Source of the DNA: Cetorhinus maximus
Taxonomy: Eukaryota
DNA: 64,000 bases
Reading direction: 5' to 3'
NCBI RefSeq assembly: GCF_964194155.1
Contig: NC_135910.1
Span: 15,562,001-15,626,000, forward strand
Shown: positions 61,407-64,000 of the stretch, in pieces
Layout of the letters: the number at the start of each line of letters is the position of its first letter
How positions within the stretch are numbered: position 1 is the stretch's first letter
Program-made: the position numbers and the translations under genes
Notes under the pieces: model-generated
The model's database searches: none
What the model was told of the DNA's origin: nothing
What the model saw: the letters and a program-made list of their open reading frames with translations, nothing else

Positions 61407-61831
61407 GTGAGTTAATGGACATGCCTGAATTCTTTTGTGGCTATCGGTTGAACGCGGTCGAGGTACAGCAGGTCACATCTCACCCGAAGGATGGCACTAC
61501 CGAGAGTGCGGCACTCCCTCAGTGCAGCGCCAGGAGCATAATCTAGTTCCTGTGTTCCTCCGCAGTGGGTCTTGAACCCACAATCTTCTGACTCTGTGGC
61601 GAGTATGCGACCCACCGTTGATGCTTACAGGACAATGGGTTGGGTGGGAGTTGGGGAGGGGTGGTGGGCAGGTGGGGGTGGTGGGCAGGTGGGGGTGGGT
61701 GCAGCTGTGGGCGAGGGTCGAGGTAGCAGCACCAGCACCCTGAGATAAAATCCCTCTGCTCCATATTTACTAAAGTGACTCTCCTTTTACAGAGGGTAGA
61801 CACTGATCTATGTTGTTCCTGTTCTTTGCAG

Positions 61832-61886
61832 AAAGCTGCCTTAACCTGGAGCTCCAGTTCACTCCGTTCCAGCTGTGCCATGTGGA
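61832..61886 (+). CDS. KPTN: KPTN exon 4
   Basis: TGCAG| (Q)SCLNLELQFTPFQLCHV+GA |GTAAGT; 55 nt. Confidence 0.96.
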
Positions 61887-62049
61887 GTAAGTGCCCCTGT
61901 CCCACGTCTTAATTTCACAGCTTTTATTTATGAGTCTTTCTCCCTTCCTTGTGTGTTTTCCCCTCCGGTTCAGAAATGAACCCAAATAAATGCAAACTAA
62001 TCCGACTGTCTCGCCCACTCCTTATACTCCTGTATTTAAACCAGCAGAG

Positions 62050-62750
62050 AGAATCTACCCATCTCCCCTTGAAACTCAATGGCATTACCATCGTCGAGTA
62101 TCCCTCTATCAATATCCTTCCGGTTTCCATTGACCAGAAACTGAACTGGACTCACCACATAAATACTGTGGCTACAAGAGCAGGTCAGAGGCTAGGAATT
62201 CTGAGGCAAGTAACTCACCTCCTGACTCCCTAAAGCCTGTCCACCATCTACAAGGCACAAGCCAGGAGTGTGATGGAATACTCTCCACTTGCCTGGATGA
62301 ATGCAGCTCCCTCAAGAAGCTCGACACCATCCAGGACAAAGCAGCCCACTTGATTGGCATCCCATCCATAAACATTCACCCTCTCCACCACAATAGCAGC
62401 AGTGTGAGTACGATCTACAAGATGCACTGCAGCAACTCACCAAGATTCCTTAGACAGCACCTTCCAAACCTGGGACCTCTACCATCTAGAAGGACAAGGG
62501 CAGCAGATAATGGGAACACCACTGCAAGTTCCTCTCCAAGTCACGCACCATCCTGACTTGGAAATATATCGGCCGTTCCTTCACTGTCGCCAGGTCAAAA
62601 TCCTGGAACTCCCTCCCTACAGCACTGTGGGTACAACACAGGGACTGCAGCGGTTCGAGAAGGCAGCTCACCACCACCTTCTCAAGGGCAATTAGGGATG
62701 GGCAATAAATCATGGCCTAGCCAGCGATATCCATACCCCATGAAAAAAAT
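62050..62750 (+). mobile_element. Family-B LINE 3' fragment in KPTN intron 4
   Basis: IDQKLNWTHHINTVATRAGQRLGIL..KMHCSNSPRFLRQHLP; same 3' tail as 29755-30490. Confidence 0.8.
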
Positions 62751-63382
62751 ATTTTTAAATAATAATTTCACTGCCCCGCTCTCTCCGTTGTCTTATTTTG
62801 ATCACAAGTCCCACCGGATGAATCCTAAGCTAAACCTACTGTCCAGTTCTGTCTTAAGCCAATTAAAAAACAAAATGATCCTCAGGATACCTCAGTCCCA
62901 CAGCGATGTGGCCGACTTTTAATTGCCCTTTGAAATGCCCTAACAAGCCCATTCGTCATATCAGACTGTTACAAAGAGCAGACTGGCAGCAGCTCAAGAA
63001 GGCAGCCCACCATCACCTTTAGAGCAAAGGAATGGATGATATCTGCTGACCGAGCAACACTCTGAGCATGGAGAGAGAGAGATTAGAGAGATTATCAGTT
63101 CAGGCTTTTGGATTGGTACTCCAATAACTCCAGTCCTCGATATCCCCTAAACTACAAAAATCTATCAATCCGAATGCCTTCAAAGTTCCAACTGACCCTC
63201 AACATCCACATCCTGAGGGAGAGAGTTCATGATTTCCGATACTCAAGTGCTTCCTGATTTCACTCCTAGATAACCGGTAATTTTAAAGATGGTATTATCA
63301 CAGGAATAGCAAGAGGCTGTCGCTTTCATGGCTGCACCTCCCAGTGGGACAGATTTTCACCTTTTCCGTTTCTATGTTCAAG

Positions 63383-63458
63383 GGTTCAGGAGAGGAGGCA
63401 GCGTGAGACCGTGTTCCTGCTCAGTGGCCACGACCATCAGATCCACCTGTACAAAGAG
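63383..63458 (+). CDS. KPTN: KPTN exon 5
   Basis: TCAAG| VQERRQRETVFLLSGHDHQIHLYKE |GTGAGC; 76 nt. Confidence 0.94.
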
Positions 63459-63548
63459 GTGAGCACCTTCCCTTCAGCCTCGATTTCGCTCGGGCTCAAT
63501 TTCGAATCCTGATTAATCGTTTTTCTCCCTCTTGTCTCGCTTTCACAG

Positions 63549-63622
63549 AACGAAACTCTGCACCAGTTTGAAGAAAGGCCGACAGAATTCCTATTCCCAG
63601 AGTTAACCGACCTACCCAGCCA
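63549..63622 (+). CDS. KPTN: KPTN exon 6 (gene continues beyond the right edge)
   Basis: CACAG| NETLHQFEERPTEFLFPELTDLPS+CA |GTAAGG; 74 nt; follows a 90-nt intron. Confidence 0.94.
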
Positions 63623-64000
63623 GTAAGGGTTTAACAATCATAGCGTTACATTGAGTATTATAGGCTCTTTCTGGGGGCGTTTTAACTGCGTCATCTGTGG
63701 TTCAGTGGGTAGCAGAAGGTTGTGGGTTCAAACCCCAGCCTTGAGACTTGAGCACATGATTGAGGCTGACCCTCCAGCGAGGGAGTGCTGCACTGTCAGG
63801 GGTGTTTTCTTTTGGATGAGGCCTTAAACCGAGGCCCCCGTTCTGGGCGTAAAAGATTTCATGAGCTATTTGAGGAAGAGAAGGCGAGTTCTGTCTGGTG
63901 TCCTGGGCCAATACTTATCCCTCAGGCAACAGCAATGAAAAAACTGATTATCTGATCAGATAATTTGTGGGAGCTTGCTGTGTGCAAATTGGTTGCCGTG

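Overview
Vertebrate genomic DNA, most likely from a cartilaginous fish (inferred from the repeats: SacSINE1/Deu-domain SINEs, HER1-like CR1 LINEs, L2, Penelope-type ends). I reconstructed three spliced genes by hand, all with GT-AG introns and consistent reading phases. SARS2 (mitochondrial seryl-tRNA synthetase) is on the - strand, exons 1-10 from 29127 to 2405, continuing off the left edge. NAPA (alpha-SNAP) is on the + strand, complete in 10 coding exons from 31084 to 55085, 295 aa. KPTN (kaptin, a KICSTOR subunit) is on the + strand, exons 1-6 from 58564 to 63622, continuing off the right edge. Most entries in the ORF track are transposon relics or low-complexity artefacts. Points of interest: a six-copy YY1-motif array at the KPTN promoter; SARS2 paired head-to-head with NAPA instead of MRPS12; an apparently missing NAPA intron; three nested solo-LTR-like elements, each with an intact target-site duplication (TSD); a very short TSD-flanked SINE ending in a GAAA-tetraloop hairpin; Penelope-type palindromes with hammerhead-ribozyme-like cores; and a polypurine tract around an assembly gap. 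Repeat family names and comparisons with human genes are from recall, not from database searches. Repeat boundaries are approximate unless a TSD is given.
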